Origin: an uncultured virus (IMG/VR IMGVR_UViG_3300037993_000206)
Taxonomy: Duplodnaviria; Heunggongvirae; Uroviricota; Caudoviricetes
Reading direction: 5' to 3' (one strand)
Length of the DNA stretch: 64,000 nucleotides
Virus record (IMG/VR): IMGVR_UViG_3300037993_000206
The notes beneath the pieces were generated by a model. The model saw only the letters and a list, made by a program, of their open reading frames with translations. It ran no database searches and was not told the DNA's origin. Below are positions 1 to 10,686 of this stretch, in pieces (within the stretch, counting starts at the first letter, position 1; every line of letters begins with the position of its first letter). A program made the translations under genes and the position numbers.

Positions 1-306
1 CTGCATTTCAAGTATATATAGATAAAGTAGTAGGAAACCGACCGCCTGATAAGATAGATAGAACACTTGAACATGTAAAATATCGAGAAGAAAAATTGAA
101 TGAAGTTAAAGGACTAAAACACTAATGCCTTTTAGAAATATAGATGAATATCGTTCAAAGAAAGAAACAAAGGGAAATGGAAGTGACCATTCAGTACCAC
201 ATCATAGGTCAATTATAAATGGGGAATTAGTCAAACGACTAGAGGATGGTTGCAGATTGAGAACCACTTGCAATAAGTGTAGTATTCCAATGTATAAGTG
301 TCATGG

Positions 307-477
307 TTAGAACGGAAAGTTATCGACTTTCTTTCTAGTGACTTTACGCTTTGCAGATTTCCGCTTTAATTTTGAAGCGGATTTCTTTTTAGTAGCACTC
401 TTTTTACTACTCATTAAAGTTTTAACCGTTCCAACAACCAATACTCCGCCTAATACATCTTCAAACAGATTCGCCAT
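307..477 (-). CDS. Small Lys/Arg-rich protein (56 aa, MANLFEDVLGGVLVVGTVKTLMSSKKSATKKKSASKLKRKSAKRK...), possible DNA-condensing or core protein
   Basis: Hand-translated (below ORF track cutoff); GGAG SD upstream; histone-H1-like basic tail. Confidence 0.6.
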   Translation of the reverse strand: MANLFEDVLGGVLVVGTVKTLMSSKKSATKKKSASKLKRKSAKRKVTRKKVDNFPF

Positions 478-485
478 ATATTCTC

Positions 486-608
486 CTACCCTAATAGATT
501 AGATAGAAATCCTTTACCTTTCTTAACTTCCGGCGTTAATTCACCGATGATTTCATCTTTGGATTTTTGAGATTTCATAACCTTTCTACATTTCTTTTTA
601 GTTGCCAT
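486..608 (-). CDS. Small basic protein (40 aa, MATKKKCRKVMKSQKSK...)
   Basis: Hand-translated; GGGAG SD; directly downstream of promoter at 648-676. Confidence 0.55.
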   Translation of the reverse strand: MATKKKCRKVMKSQKSKDEIIGELTPEVKKGKGFLSNLLG

Positions 609-647
609 TTTGACTCTCCCTTTATTGCCTTTACTCAGTTAGATATT

Positions 648-676
648 ATCATATCATAAGCACAAGAGATTGTCAA
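648..676 (-). promoter_or_regulatory. Sigma70-type promoter TTGACA-N17-TATGAT with extended -10 TG
   Basis: Direct motif match with consensus spacing. Confidence 0.7.
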
Positions 677-685
677 CATAATTTC

Positions 686-904
686 TTAATAATTCGTAAC
701 CCGCCAAAAATCACGCCAGATTTTAAACCTTGATGGGCTTCCACTATTGACCCAAACGCTAATATCCTTGTAAAGATAGCGATATTTTCTGTGACTTATT
801 CGATACCAAAGTTTCAAACCACGTTGAAAAATTATCTTCCTTTTACGAACAAATTTATACCACTGCCTTAAATCTTTTTGAAATTTGCGTCTTTCTTTGC
901 CCAT
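686..904 (-). CDS. Small basic hypothetical protein
   Basis: ORF track; same orientation as neighbours. Confidence 0.5.
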   Translation of the reverse strand: MGKERRKFQKDLRQWYKFVRKRKIIFQRGLKLWYRISHRKYRYLYKDISVWVNSGSPSRFKIWRDFWRVTNY

Positions 905-992
905 ACCCTATCCCTACTTAATTTAGCTTGCAACCTAATAATTATGTTCCACATCTTACAGAAATATCCGTTAGAAGTCTGCATTTTAAATC

Positions 993-1793
993 CTATAGAT
1001 AATGATGGTTTAAATACCAACTAACCGTATTCTCTATCCCTACTTCTAATTTAGTAGTTTCTACATCGCTTTTAAAAACCCGTTCTTTAGTAAAAAAATC
1101 CCATTTCATTGTGTCTTTAAGGTCATTAGGAATATACGTCAATTTAAATACGCTTCGGCCTACTCCTAATTTATCTGCTATACAATTCATAAATTCTCTA
1201 ACAGTTATTGGTTCACCGGAGATATTTAATTCACCCTTTTTACAATTCACCATAGCCTTAACTACATCTTCTACATAGGTTGGACAGATTTTATTATTAC
1301 TATTACCGATTAAGGGCATTAGACTTCCTAATCTATGAACCGCTTGAAATATCTTTAATAAATGTAAATCCCCTTCACCATAGATAAATCCTGGTCGAAT
1401 TATAGTGTATGGTATCCCACTCGTTTTAACTAATAATTCACCATCATATTTTGTAAGCTCATAGGGCTTATCTACGATATTAACCCATGCCGATGACATA
1501 TAAATAAAGTGCTGGTTTTGGTTCATTTGTTTAAGTAAATCATAAGTCATTTTTACATGGACTGTTGAATAATTTATTAACGGGACGTTCTTATTTCCTA
1601 ACACTCCGGCAATGTGATAAACCCTATCGTACTTAGACATATCTTCTATAGCAGCGATATATTTTGCTTTGCTGTTTAGATTATCTAACTTTTTATGAAC
1701 CAAACACTCTACTTCATCCCCATTTTTAACTAAGGCTTCGACTAAATGACTTCCTACGAAACCCGTTGCGCCGGTTACAAGCAAGCAAACCAA
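993..1793 (-). CDS. NAD-dependent epimerase/dehydratase (extended SDR)
   Basis: VTGATGFVGS Rossmann motif, YxxxK (YELTK), RPGFIYG. Confidence 0.9.
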   Translation of the reverse strand: MVCLLVTGATGFVGSHLVEALVKNGDEVECLVHKKLDNLNSKAKYIAAIEDMSKYDRVYHIAGVLGNKNVPLINYSTVHVKMTYDLLKQMNQNQHFIYMSSAWVNIVDKPYELTKYDGELLVKTSGIPYTIIRPGFIYGEGDLHLLKIFQAVHRLGSLMPLIGNSNNKICPTYVEDVVKAMVNCKKGELNISGEPITVREFMNCIADKLGVGRSVFKLTYIPNDLKDTMKWDFFTKERVFKSDVETTKLEVGIENTVSWYLNHHYL

Positions 1794-1926
1794 ATTATCA
1801 ATCCCCCTATCACTATTCTTAAAACTCTAATCGTTTGGGCAAAAACAGACTTATCGTTGTACTCCCAAAATATACTAGCAACAGCCTCTAATATAATACA
1901 ACTCGCTAATATTACGATAGGTACTT

Positions 1927-2337
1927 TCATATCATGCGTTTTAACAAAATATAATTAATATGCCCGTGATTACTCCATATATTCAGTGGTTCTAAACTCA
2001 CAAATATTTTGCAAACACAATAGCCTAACCAATATCTTAATCCAGTTGGCGGTTTGCCCCCGATTTTAGGATTGCTACCCCAAAACGGTCTATCAGTTTC
2101 ACCTGCATCTAATATTATATCGTTAAGATTATTATTCTCTCTATGCTCTAATGCAAAAGTTTTATGATTGCGTGGTTCAAGATATAAGATTGAGTCAGGA
2201 TATTCTTTGCAGTACTTATGCCACAATCTTTTACGAGTTGCTTCTACCGATAAAATCTCGTACACTTCACCAAACCCACGCACTTCATTTTCATATGCTG
2301 TTGTAATTTTATCAGACAGTTTTAAATATTTACCCAT
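1927..2337 (-). CDS. Hypothetical protein, possibly a methyltransferase-like fragment
   Basis: ORF in operon; no decisive motif. Confidence 0.45.
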   Translation of the reverse strand: MGKYLKLSDKITTAYENEVRGFGEVYEILSVEATRKRLWHKYCKEYPDSILYLEPRNHKTFALEHRENNNLNDIILDAGETDRPFWGSNPKIGGKPPTGLRYWLGYCVCKIFVSLEPLNIWSNHGHINYILLKRMI

Positions 2338-2340
2338 ATT

Positions 2341-3645
2341 TTAAATCCTGAAAGCACTTATTTTACGATACCGCCACATATCACCAATCGTTAATTTATG
2401 CACTCTAGCCATGAATAAACCGTAAATCAATTTAGCCATAGACCTGTAAAATATATTAGGCGGTAATTTAATCAACTGTTTAATGAGAGGTAAAAGAAAC
2501 GGATACTTAGTTGCAATAAAGAAAAAGGTCTGCAAGTTAATAATCTCTTTTGATAAATGCTTCATCGGTTTATAAATACTGTCCGTTAGTTCAACCCCAT
2601 CTGGATAATATTTTGCAATATCGTAATATTTATAGGGTGTCATAAAAGAACATGATGTCTGGTCGGCCTTTATTTCAGCGTTCAATTTCACAGTCTCTAA
2701 CGCATCCTCTAATGACTCGGTTGGAATACCAACGATATTATATGTCTTTAGTCCTAGACCAAACGACTTGATTAACCTTCCTGCCTTGATAATATCTTCA
2801 TTTCCTTTATCGCTCTTATTTAATATTCGTTGTCTGATTAATGGAACACCTGATTCAATCCCCATTTCTAGGCTATAACAACCCGCATCTTTGAGCATTT
2901 CAAGTAATTCTTTATTGATAATATCAAAACGTGTATTACAGATAAAGGGCAACTTTATTTCATTTTTATAAAGGTCTAAAAACTTTTTTAACCACTCTAA
3001 ATTCAAAGTAAAAACATCATCCGTGAAACTAACCGTTTCTAATCCATACCTTGCCCTGACACTACCAATCTCACCTATCACTTGATCCGGCGTTCTGCGC
3101 CTTACTCTAGGCGTATCGGGATACATTTTATGTGACATATGACCAAAGCAAAAAGAACATGAGAACGGGCAACCCCTTGCACTTAAAAATTGTTTGGATG
3201 ATGCCTTACCTAAATGCTCATACTTATAATAGATTGACCTATCTTGTTGGGGTAACAACGTAATATCTCTGACTGGTTCATAATATAAAATCCCATTATC
3301 TTTACTTAACAAATCTGGTTCAAGATAATCAGCTTCACCACAAACTATAAAATCCGCTTTTAAGGTATCAGGGTAAAGTGTAGCATGTGGCCCACCCATT
3401 ACGGTCTTAACTTTTGGAAGTTCTTTTTTAACTTCACTCGCAAATTGTTGTACCCATAAATGTTCGCCCGTAATCACTGGGAATAAAACGAAATCTGGTT
3501 GATACTTTTTAATATATTCTAGCGGTCGTTTCTCGTAATCAGTAAGAATCAAATCAACATCATTTCCCATTTGTTTGAGCATAGCGGAGATATTTTGACA
3601 ACCATGCCACGCCATACCATTTCGTTGTACAAAAATATATCTCAT
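2341..3645 (-). CDS. Cobalamin-binding radical SAM enzyme (true start probably MRYIFVQ at 3645)
   Basis: MGGPHAT B12-domain motif, RGCPFSCSFC (CxxxCxxC), FTDDVF, GIESG; ATGA overlap with upstream gene. Confidence 0.9.
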   Translation of the reverse strand: MRYIFVQRNGMAWHGCQNISAMLKQMGNDVDLILTDYEKRPLEYIKKYQPDFVLFPVITGEHLWVQQFASEVKKELPKVKTVMGGPHATLYPDTLKADFIVCGEADYLEPDLLSKDNGILYYEPVRDITLLPQQDRSIYYKYEHLGKASSKQFLSARGCPFSCSFCFGHMSHKMYPDTPRVRRRTPDQVIGEIGSVRARYGLETVSFTDDVFTLNLEWLKKFLDLYKNEIKLPFICNTRFDIINKELLEMLKDAGCYSLEMGIESGVPLIRQRILNKSDKGNEDIIKAGRLIKSFGLGLKTYNIVGIPTESLEDALETVKLNAEIKADQTSCSFMTPYKYYDIAKYYPDGVELTDSIYKPMKHLSKEIINLQTFFFIATKYPFLLPLIKQLIKLPPNIFYRSMAKLIYGLFMARVHKLTIGDMWRYRKISAFRI

Positions 3646-4538
3646 GCTCTCATCCTCACTATTAAATATACTCCCATCAAAACAATAATGGGAACAATAT
3701 AATAAATCCGATTCTTTAATCCTTTGGGTTCTTGAATTAAACCAACAACTAATACTACTTGAATAATCGCCAACACTACCTTGCTTGACCTTGCCAATAA
3801 ATACCACAACCAATTCATAGGAACATGGCGTACCCACTCCGAATTACTGAAAGACATATACCACAGCAACCAATAATGTCCGAAATGATACCAAACAACC
3901 CACGCTAAAATAAATACAGAACATAACCCTGACAAGATAGCAACCCATTTACTTATTAAACGGTAATTATTCTTAGCGTAAAAACAAAATAGCATCGCAA
4001 ATGGAATTACCATAAATGGGTGTGGTCGCCAAACTAAAATCTCATTATAAAGTAAATCACTTACTTTAAACCATTGATGATAATAACTTGTCCATGAGCA
4101 AACTTGATAAATAATTTCCCAAAAACCAACGGAAGCAAAAATCGCCAATGAACCTAAGAACCATGCCCGTTGATTACCTATCTTATTCTTAGTTAAATCC
4201 ATTGTTAAGAGAAACAACAAAACCAAAACGCCTTGCGTAGTGAAAGACCCAATACGTGGAATGTGCATTCCTAAAACATCATCAGACACCCACGAAACTA
4301 ATAACGCAAATAACGCTATAAACCCTAACCAATTCCATATTTTAGGATTTAAAAATTTCCATCCGACCCAACTAGAAGTATACTCATAAACCACAGCACC
4401 TAATAAAATCGCTATTGGAAACCAAAACTGATAGTCTGTAAATAACGAAATATTAGAGCTAATTTCATTAGGTTCAACAGGTACGAAACAAACCACTAAC
4501 CCCCAACATATAGCGATAATCCATAGTGCCTTTCGCAC
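3642..4538 (-). CDS. Multi-pass membrane protein, paralog of 8334-9203
   Basis: Several hydrophobic segments; shared GxWExxYQ and late LxxxSKV motifs. Confidence 0.7.
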   Translation of the reverse strand: MRKALWIIAICWGLVVCFVPVEPNEISSNISLFTDYQFWFPIAILLGAVVYEYTSSWVGWKFLNPKIWNWLGFIALFALLVSWVSDDVLGMHIPRIGSFTTQGVLVLLFLLTMDLTKNKIGNQRAWFLGSLAIFASVGFWEIIYQVCSWTSYYHQWFKVSDLLYNEILVWRPHPFMVIPFAMLFCFYAKNNYRLISKWVAILSGLCSVFILAWVVWYHFGHYWLLWYMSFSNSEWVRHVPMNWLWYLLARSSKVVLAIIQVVLVVGLIQEPKGLKNRIYYIVPIIVLMGVYLIVRMRA

Positions 4539-5981
4539 CTATCTTTTTACCAATCCTTTTGCTTTAATCCCTAATTTAATATCAACTGGCACACCAAAAT
4601 ATTTATGATTAAATCTCCATTTAGCTACAGGTTGATAAAGTTTAAACAATCCTTTCATATAAAGAGGAATAGACAAATCATCTATTTTACGGTCTAAGAA
4701 GTAATTGCACCAGTTACTACCGATAATATCTTTGTTCCCAATCTGCCAGGGAAGATTCTCATTATCCACACCATAATTAATATAACCCTCTAATTCTTGA
4801 GGCGGTTTATAACCCAACTCTATGCAACGTGGTTCTAATCCTGAATGAGGATATGGAGAATAAGTCCCAATATTCATAATTTTTGCCATTGGGTTTTCTT
4901 TTAACAAACGGGAGACTAAATTAAGTGTGTCATAAAAATCTGTTTTTCTTTCATCAGGGAAACCCACAATAAAGTAATATGAAGGGATAATTTCAGCTTC
5001 TTTTAAATTCTGATTGACTTGCAAAACCTCACTGACTTTAATCGGTTTATTAATCATCTGTAAAATTCTTTCACTTCCAGATTCAACTCCGATATTAAGT
5101 TGTCGGCAACCTGACTTTTTTAATAGTTTCAGATAGTCTTTGTCCATATTAACAACGCTACGAATTGTAACCCCTTGAATAGACCATTGGAGAATATTAA
5201 TATACATAAATTCAATCATAGATTGCGCTCTATCAATGTCTATGAAAAACTCATCATCAATAAACCAGAACGAATCTATATCATACTTTTTGTGTAGTCG
5301 CATAACTCTTTCTTTTGCACGTTGTAACGATAAAGGTCGCCAACTATGATGCAAATATGGATTGAAACAGAATCGACATTTATACGGACAGCCCCTTGAT
5401 AATTCAACATCTATTGTTGGAAATTCAAATCTGTAAGGCATGTAATTAAACAGTTGACCTTTAGTGTAATAATCGTATATCGGTTCATTTTGTTCATCTA
5501 ATTTAACTTGCTCGTAGGGTATCTTATTACCTTGTTTTGTCCAAATGCCAGCAATTCCATCTACCGATTGTTTATTGGCAATCGCCCTGACTAAATTAGG
5601 TAAAGCCCTTTCACCATCCCCTTGAATCAAGTAATCAATTAAGGAATGCTTAATAGTAATTTCGGGCATTATACTACCTTGTGACCCACCCCATACTGTA
5701 GGAACGTCTGAATTATCTTTGACGAATTTACAAATCTCTAACGCATACTTAATTTGTTCTCCTAGCATGGCAGTTGTACAAACACAAATCGGTTTCTTTA
5801 CTAATTCAATTAACAATTCTTGTTTCCAATTCGGATTACGCCGTTGGTCAAGCATTTTAATTTCAAATTCAGGTCTAAGATTACAAGCAGCAGTTGCTAA
5901 TGATAAAGGAAATGCAGACCTATCTTTAATCTGGTCAAGACTACCTACTATACTTGAAATTAAAACTACTGTATTACTCAT
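4539..5981 (-). CDS. Cobalamin-binding radical SAM enzyme
   Basis: VWGG, GDGE, SRGCPYKCRFC, FIDDEFF, GVESGS motifs. Confidence 0.9.
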   Translation of the reverse strand: MSNTVVLISSIVGSLDQIKDRSAFPLSLATAACNLRPEFEIKMLDQRRNPNWKQELLIELVKKPICVCTTAMLGEQIKYALEICKFVKDNSDVPTVWGGSQGSIMPEITIKHSLIDYLIQGDGERALPNLVRAIANKQSVDGIAGIWTKQGNKIPYEQVKLDEQNEPIYDYYTKGQLFNYMPYRFEFPTIDVELSRGCPYKCRFCFNPYLHHSWRPLSLQRAKERVMRLHKKYDIDSFWFIDDEFFIDIDRAQSMIEFMYINILQWSIQGVTIRSVVNMDKDYLKLLKKSGCRQLNIGVESGSERILQMINKPIKVSEVLQVNQNLKEAEIIPSYYFIVGFPDERKTDFYDTLNLVSRLLKENPMAKIMNIGTYSPYPHSGLEPRCIELGYKPPQELEGYINYGVDNENLPWQIGNKDIIGSNWCNYFLDRKIDDLSIPLYMKGLFKLYQPVAKWRFNHKYFGVPVDIKLGIKAKGLVKR

Positions 5982-7051
5982 TGAATCACGCCTCTAAAAA
6001 CTTTTATCATAGTAGGAACATGTAAAAGAGAATTAGTATAACTGACATTTGCCAACTGACAACCCTTACAACCTTTTACTACTGTCCTGATTATTTTAGC
6101 AGTTGGACTATTCCATAAAGCATTGAAATCATATTCATACAATCTAAGATTACCCATACTTTGATACATGATACAACAAGGTACAACTTCGGCATCGGGT
6201 GTAATCTGGCAACTTGCATATCCGGCGTAACAAGGGATATGGCTTCCGTTTTCCATATAACTGATTACCTTATTGTAATAATCCTGACGGAATGAACGTA
6301 TAATAGTTTTAGGTTGACTTAGGGATAATTCCTTTAATACTGATACGGCATCTTTATATTCGTCTAATTCGGGTGTAATAGATAAACCAACCGTCCCTAA
6401 TTCAACACGTTGTTCTGCAATTTCCGTAATGAAATGGGACTTGTCTTTAGGTAAAAGAGATAGCCAATCTACAATCTCTTTTATATCTTTAACATTCGCT
6501 TTACTGATTACCGAATGAATACCCACTGTTAAGTTAGGTACTTTCAACGCCTGTAAACTTCTTATCGTATCCAATGCATTATGATAATATCCTTTCACTC
6601 CCCTAATTTCATCATTCCTATTCGGGTCATAATGGTCTAAACTGACATTAACCGTGATTTTTGTTTCAGGTGACAGTTTACATATCTGCCAGATACCATC
6701 TTCTATTCTACTCGCCATTTGTCCGTTAGTCGGAATATTTATAATCGCCGGATGACAATTCTCAATTAAATAATAAACTACTTCAACTATATCTCTATAT
6801 AAAAAAGGTTCTCCACCTGTTAGTGTAACCCAATATACAGAATCACCTATATTCTTGAATATCTTAGCCCATTCATACGCCTTTAATTCGTCCTCTTTAG
6901 GCTTATCATATATCCGGCATGAGAAACAATGGGCATTACAACGATATGTTAGTCCTACCGTCAAATTTATTGGATTATTGACCTTTAAATTAAAGACTCT
7001 TTTTATAGGATAACGGGTTAAATTGTTTAACAAACCAACTGTTTTTAACAT
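5978..7051 (-). CDS. Radical SAM protein with SPASM/twitch domain
   Basis: CNAHCFSC, TGGEPF, C-terminal CYAG...VVPCC...CKGC. Confidence 0.9.
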   Translation of the reverse strand: MLKTVGLLNNLTRYPIKRVFNLKVNNPINLTVGLTYRCNAHCFSCRIYDKPKEDELKAYEWAKIFKNIGDSVYWVTLTGGEPFLYRDIVEVVYYLIENCHPAIINIPTNGQMASRIEDGIWQICKLSPETKITVNVSLDHYDPNRNDEIRGVKGYYHNALDTIRSLQALKVPNLTVGIHSVISKANVKDIKEIVDWLSLLPKDKSHFITEIAEQRVELGTVGLSITPELDEYKDAVSVLKELSLSQPKTIIRSFRQDYYNKVISYMENGSHIPCYAGYASCQITPDAEVVPCCIMYQSMGNLRLYEYDFNALWNSPTAKIIRTVVKGCKGCQLANVSYTNSLLHVPTMIKVFRGVIQ

Positions 7052-7523
7052 GGTATTTTGTCCCCAACCGAATGGTATAATCAGTCAATAGTTTAATATA
7101 CGCAATCAGTAAAAACCAACCGATAACTATCAGCCATAATGGTGCGTTGTACGCCCAAATATGTCTGACATAACCCATTATTTCAGACACCCCACCAACC
7201 AGAATTGTACAGAGAATAATCCCCACGATTGGTATACTGAAGCTACAAATAACCCAAACTCCAAACACTCCCCATGCCAGAGGAATCAACCACCAATAAG
7301 TGAAGGAATGAAATGGAACTTGAACGTAATGCCACAAACCATAAACTCCCAACGTGTTATCCAGAATAACCCCTATAGACAAAGAAACAAAGAAACCAAC
7401 TAACAAAGAATAAGGACTAATCCTCTTATATCTTGAGGCCACGCCATAAGTCACACATACAATAATGATTACTACTAACAGTGAAATCATTTTAAATCCT
7501 TTGTCGAATTTATCATATCCCAT
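6990..7523 (-). CDS. Small multi-pass membrane protein (start probably MISLL)
   Basis: Hydrophobic segments; within operon. Confidence 0.6.
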   Translation of the reverse strand: MGYDKFDKGFKMISLLVVIIIVCVTYGVASRYKRISPYSLLVGFFVSLSIGVILDNTLGVYGLWHYVQVPFHSFTYWWLIPLAWGVFGVWVICSFSIPIVGIILCTILVGGVSEIMGYVRHIWAYNAPLWLIVIGWFLLIAYIKLLTDYTIRLGTKYHVKNSWFVKQFNPLSYKKSL

Positions 7524-8344
7524 TGTCCATTAAGATTACCGCTTTGTTTTAATTCCAAACTCGCTAACTTGCGACTCTTTAACTCTAACTGTGTATAACC
7601 CAACATTGATTTAGGATATTTAAGTAAAAGTTTTAACGTAGTCTTTGCTAGACCTGTATGGATGGTATTCATAGTTGAAACCTTATGTTGTGATTGTAAA
7701 ATTAAATGACCTTTATAAATTCGCTTTCGCTGTTTTACAAAATCATCAACTGTTTTTGCCCCACAATTAAACACAATGGCATTAGGCGCATACCTTAATT
7801 GATAACCTGATTTTAAGATTTGCCCTTCAATATCCGCTTCATCTACTAATCCATGAGCGTCAATCGAATCAACTACATTCCTGAAAGCAATTATCTCTCC
7901 TGATTTTGGATTTATTAAAGATTGTTGATGATGTAATTCCCAAAGAATATAGGCTATACCACCCATATAATCTTTGCGGTCATTTATTGGGATTGGATGC
8001 CCACCAACCATACCAACCGATGAATCGTTGAATGGTTCTAATAGATATTTGTAAGTAAATGAAGTTGGCAAGGTATCTGCACTTTGTAAAACGCAAATAT
8101 CGCTCTTTAAATTCAATCTGGCGTGAGATAGATATAAATTCACAGCCGATGATTTTCCCTCACGTTTTGGTTGCACTATAACAGTGAACTTCTTATAAGA
8201 ATTGGCAATTTCAACTGTCCTATCAGTGCAACCGGAAGCGACTACCACCACATGATTTATAAGAGGTTCATTAACTAATTTATCCAATAGTTTACCGATA
8301 TTGGATTCTTCATTATAGGCGCACACCCCAACACTAACTTTCAT
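7487..8344 (-). CDS. Family 2 glycosyltransferase
   Basis: VGVCAYNEE, SGCTDRT, GKSSA, SAD, QRKRI motifs. Confidence 0.9.
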   Translation of the reverse strand: MKVSVGVCAYNEESNIGKLLDKLVNEPLINHVVVVASGCTDRTVEIANSYKKFTVIVQPKREGKSSAVNLYLSHARLNLKSDICVLQSADTLPTSFTYKYLLEPFNDSSVGMVGGHPIPINDRKDYMGGIAYILWELHHQQSLINPKSGEIIAFRNVVDSIDAHGLVDEADIEGQILKSGYQLRYAPNAIVFNCGAKTVDDFVKQRKRIYKGHLILQSQHKVSTMNTIHTGLAKTTLKLLLKYPKSMLGYTQLELKSRKLASLELKQSGNLNGQWDMINSTKDLK

Positions 8345-9203
8345 TTTTATGCCACACTAATTTAACAATCGCTAACATCATAAACACCTTACTTAGTTTC
8401 GTAACAAATAAAGCCCACCCGTTAAATTGAGAAGTGAATACTTGTTGTCTTAAAGTCCAGTTATAATAATCATCCACCCAATAACCGGACAATACCCAAT
8501 AAATCATACACACGGCGTACAACGCTAAAAATATCCAGACCCATTTGTTAAATTGTATGAAGTGAAACATTCTATTTAATTCCCAAATAATTACAGCACC
8601 GATACCCGCCATTGGTAATTCAATAACCCATTCCCAAACAATCCAACGCATTCCCATCATTGTACCAATCTGGGGCATATCATAGTAAATTTTTAAGAAA
8701 GTCTGATAAGGTACTTCCCAAACGCCTGTCCAAATACCTAATAATCCAGCAGATGCTATAACCGCATATGTATTGGACATTCTATCTTTGAGAATTAAAA
8801 ATAGAATTAACATTCCAGAGAATATAACAGCATCACTAGGCCATGAACCTAATCTAACCGCTGACTTTTGGGAGAACATGTAATAACAAGCTAAAATACC
8901 GATAAGGCAAACAGTAGCTATGACTTCATATCTGAGGATTTTATTTAAAAATCGATAGAGAATATTGTTGGGTTTATAAATGAAGATATACATACATACC
9001 ATTAAAAGGAATGGCATACACATAGCGATTTTTTGCATGTTAGCGGCATCTTGAATTTGATTGAGGACAGTTAAATTGATGCGCCGTTCAATAGTAAAAG
9101 CAGAAACACAAATAATAAACAGACAGAATATAATAATAGTTCGTCTGTTAAATATTATTGCCAGTGGGCTATTTTGGGTGTGTTTAACGGATGTTGCTTC
9201 CAA
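8334..9203 (-). CDS. Multi-pass membrane protein, paralog of 3642-4538
   Basis: Hydrophobic; GVWEVPYQ, KLSKV. Confidence 0.7.
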   Translation of the reverse strand: MEATSVKHTQNSPLAIIFNRRTIIIFCLFIICVSAFTIERRINLTVLNQIQDAANMQKIAMCMPFLLMVCMYIFIYKPNNILYRFLNKILRYEVIATVCLIGILACYYMFSQKSAVRLGSWPSDAVIFSGMLILFLILKDRMSNTYAVIASAGLLGIWTGVWEVPYQTFLKIYYDMPQIGTMMGMRWIVWEWVIELPMAGIGAVIIWELNRMFHFIQFNKWVWIFLALYAVCMIYWVLSGYWVDDYYNWTLRQQVFTSQFNGWALFVTKLSKVFMMLAIVKLVWHKNES

Positions 9204-10252
9204 ACTATTCTCCGACTTAATATATAATTAACTGCAAACGCTGTAAATATTCCTATAAAAGCTGAGAACATATACCAGACATGCAATTTACCAGTCAAGA
9301 TAAATAGTATCAATTCGTTAATAGCCACAGCAATACAACTTGTAGCTACGTATCGCAAATATTTAAACACATGAGATTTAAAACTCACATTTAAAAACTG
9401 GTCGAAAGTCCACAAACTGTTTAAGGTGTAATTGCTCGTAATTGCCAGAATTGAGGATATTAGATAGGATAGCATGTAAAATACATGACCATAATTGGTT
9501 AGCAAAAACATACTTAGAAGTTTGATAACCGCACCTGATGAACCAACCATTATAAATTTCAAAAACTTATTGCGTAGATACAAGTCTTTTAATTGAGAAC
9601 AATATTCCGTAATGATTTTAGAGGATAGTTTTGATTCGCCGTGTTTGCGGTTTTCAAAGACAAAGGGAACTTCTTTAAATGATTTATAATTCCCTTTAAC
9701 CATAACTTCAAGTGAAGTTTTCCAACCGATAGGATTTAATTCAGAGGTATCCAAACACTTTGTTTGAACTCCAAAAAATCCAGATGTTCGGTCTAATATT
9801 TTAGGAACTAAAGGAAACGCTAAGAGATTAGCAACCTTAGAAGTAATGACTCGTTTTAAACTCCAATCTCTAACCCCACCACCTTTAACCCAACGTGAAG
9901 CTATGACAAGTTCATTACTATCTAAGGCTTTAATAATATCAGGGAGAACTTCTGGTGGATGTTGTAAATCCGCATCCATAACAATAACTTTATCGGTAGA
10001 AGCGTATTGAATACCCTCAATAATTGAGGCCGATAATCCTTTTTTAACTGCATGATGATTCACTATACAACCTAGTTTGGTTGCTAAATTTGCGGTATCC
10101 ATATTAGGTGAATCATCTACTATTAAGATATAGACATCGTTGCAAACTGCACGAATACGACTAACTAATTCAGGTAGATTCTCCGACTCATTATAAGTGG
10201 GGATTACTATTGTTACATCGTTATTCAATTCACCGACCTTTTCCAAATCCAA
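9155..10252 (-). CDS. Polyprenol-phosphate glycosyltransferase (DPM1-like GT2) fused to GtrA-like flippase domain
   Basis: VIPTYNE, VDDS, MDADLQHPPE, ASR, R.HGESKL; C-terminal KF..VG...NY.LN..WTF GtrA pattern. Confidence 0.9.
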   Translation of the reverse strand: MDLEKVGELNNDVTIVIPTYNESENLPELVSRIRAVCNDVYILIVDDSPNMDTANLATKLGCIVNHHAVKKGLSASIIEGIQYASTDKVIVMDADLQHPPEVLPDIIKALDSNELVIASRWVKGGGVRDWSLKRVITSKVANLLAFPLVPKILDRTSGFFGVQTKCLDTSELNPIGWKTSLEVMVKGNYKSFKEVPFVFENRKHGESKLSSKIITEYCSQLKDLYLRNKFLKFIMVGSSGAVIKLLSMFLLTNYGHVFYMLSYLISSILAITSNYTLNSLWTFDQFLNVSFKSHVFKYLRYVATSCIAVAINELILFILTGKLHVWYMFSAFIGIFTAFAVNYILSRRIVWKQHPLNTPKIAHWQ

Positions 10253-10686
10253 AAGTTAGAGATAAAATATCTACTTAAAAACATGACGATTGTTGCTAGA
10301 ATAAAAGCTACCATATAAAATAAATGTCCAAAATGAACCAATAAAAAGAGCAGCACCACATCTAATACCGAAGTTGCTAATCCCATGACAAGATACTGTC
10401 CGTAACTTAAAGAACTGGATTTTTTATCTTTGAAAGTCCACTTCTTGTTCATCCAGTAATTGAATGAGATTGAGCAAGGAAGTGAAATTAAAGTTGCTGG
10501 TAAATAAAACTGTTGACCTAGAATAGTAGTTTGAGTTTGCAACCAATAAGTAACTGGATAATAGACCGCCATATTAACTAAAAACCCTAGACCGCCCACA
10601 AACATAAAGTTGACGATTCGGATTTTGAATAATCGCTTTATAAGATTTAAAACCTTTGATTCATTTATAACTTCTACTTTAGCCAT
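10225..10686 (-). CDS. GtrA-family lipid-linked sugar flippase
   Basis: F..VGGLG..VN, NY..NKKWTF, four TM helices. Confidence 0.85.
   Translation of the reverse strand: MAKVEVINESKVLNLIKRLFKIRIVNFMFVGGLGFLVNMAVYYPVTYWLQTQTTILGQQFYLPATLISLPCSISFNYWMNKKWTFKDKKSSSLSYGQYLVMGLATSVLDVVLLFLLVHFGHLFYMVAFILATIVMFLSRYFISNFWIWKRSVN

Noticed and set aside
3646..3837. N-terminal 64 aa of the 498-aa ORF call
   Set aside because: Overlaps the upstream membrane gene; ATGA coupling supports a start at 3645
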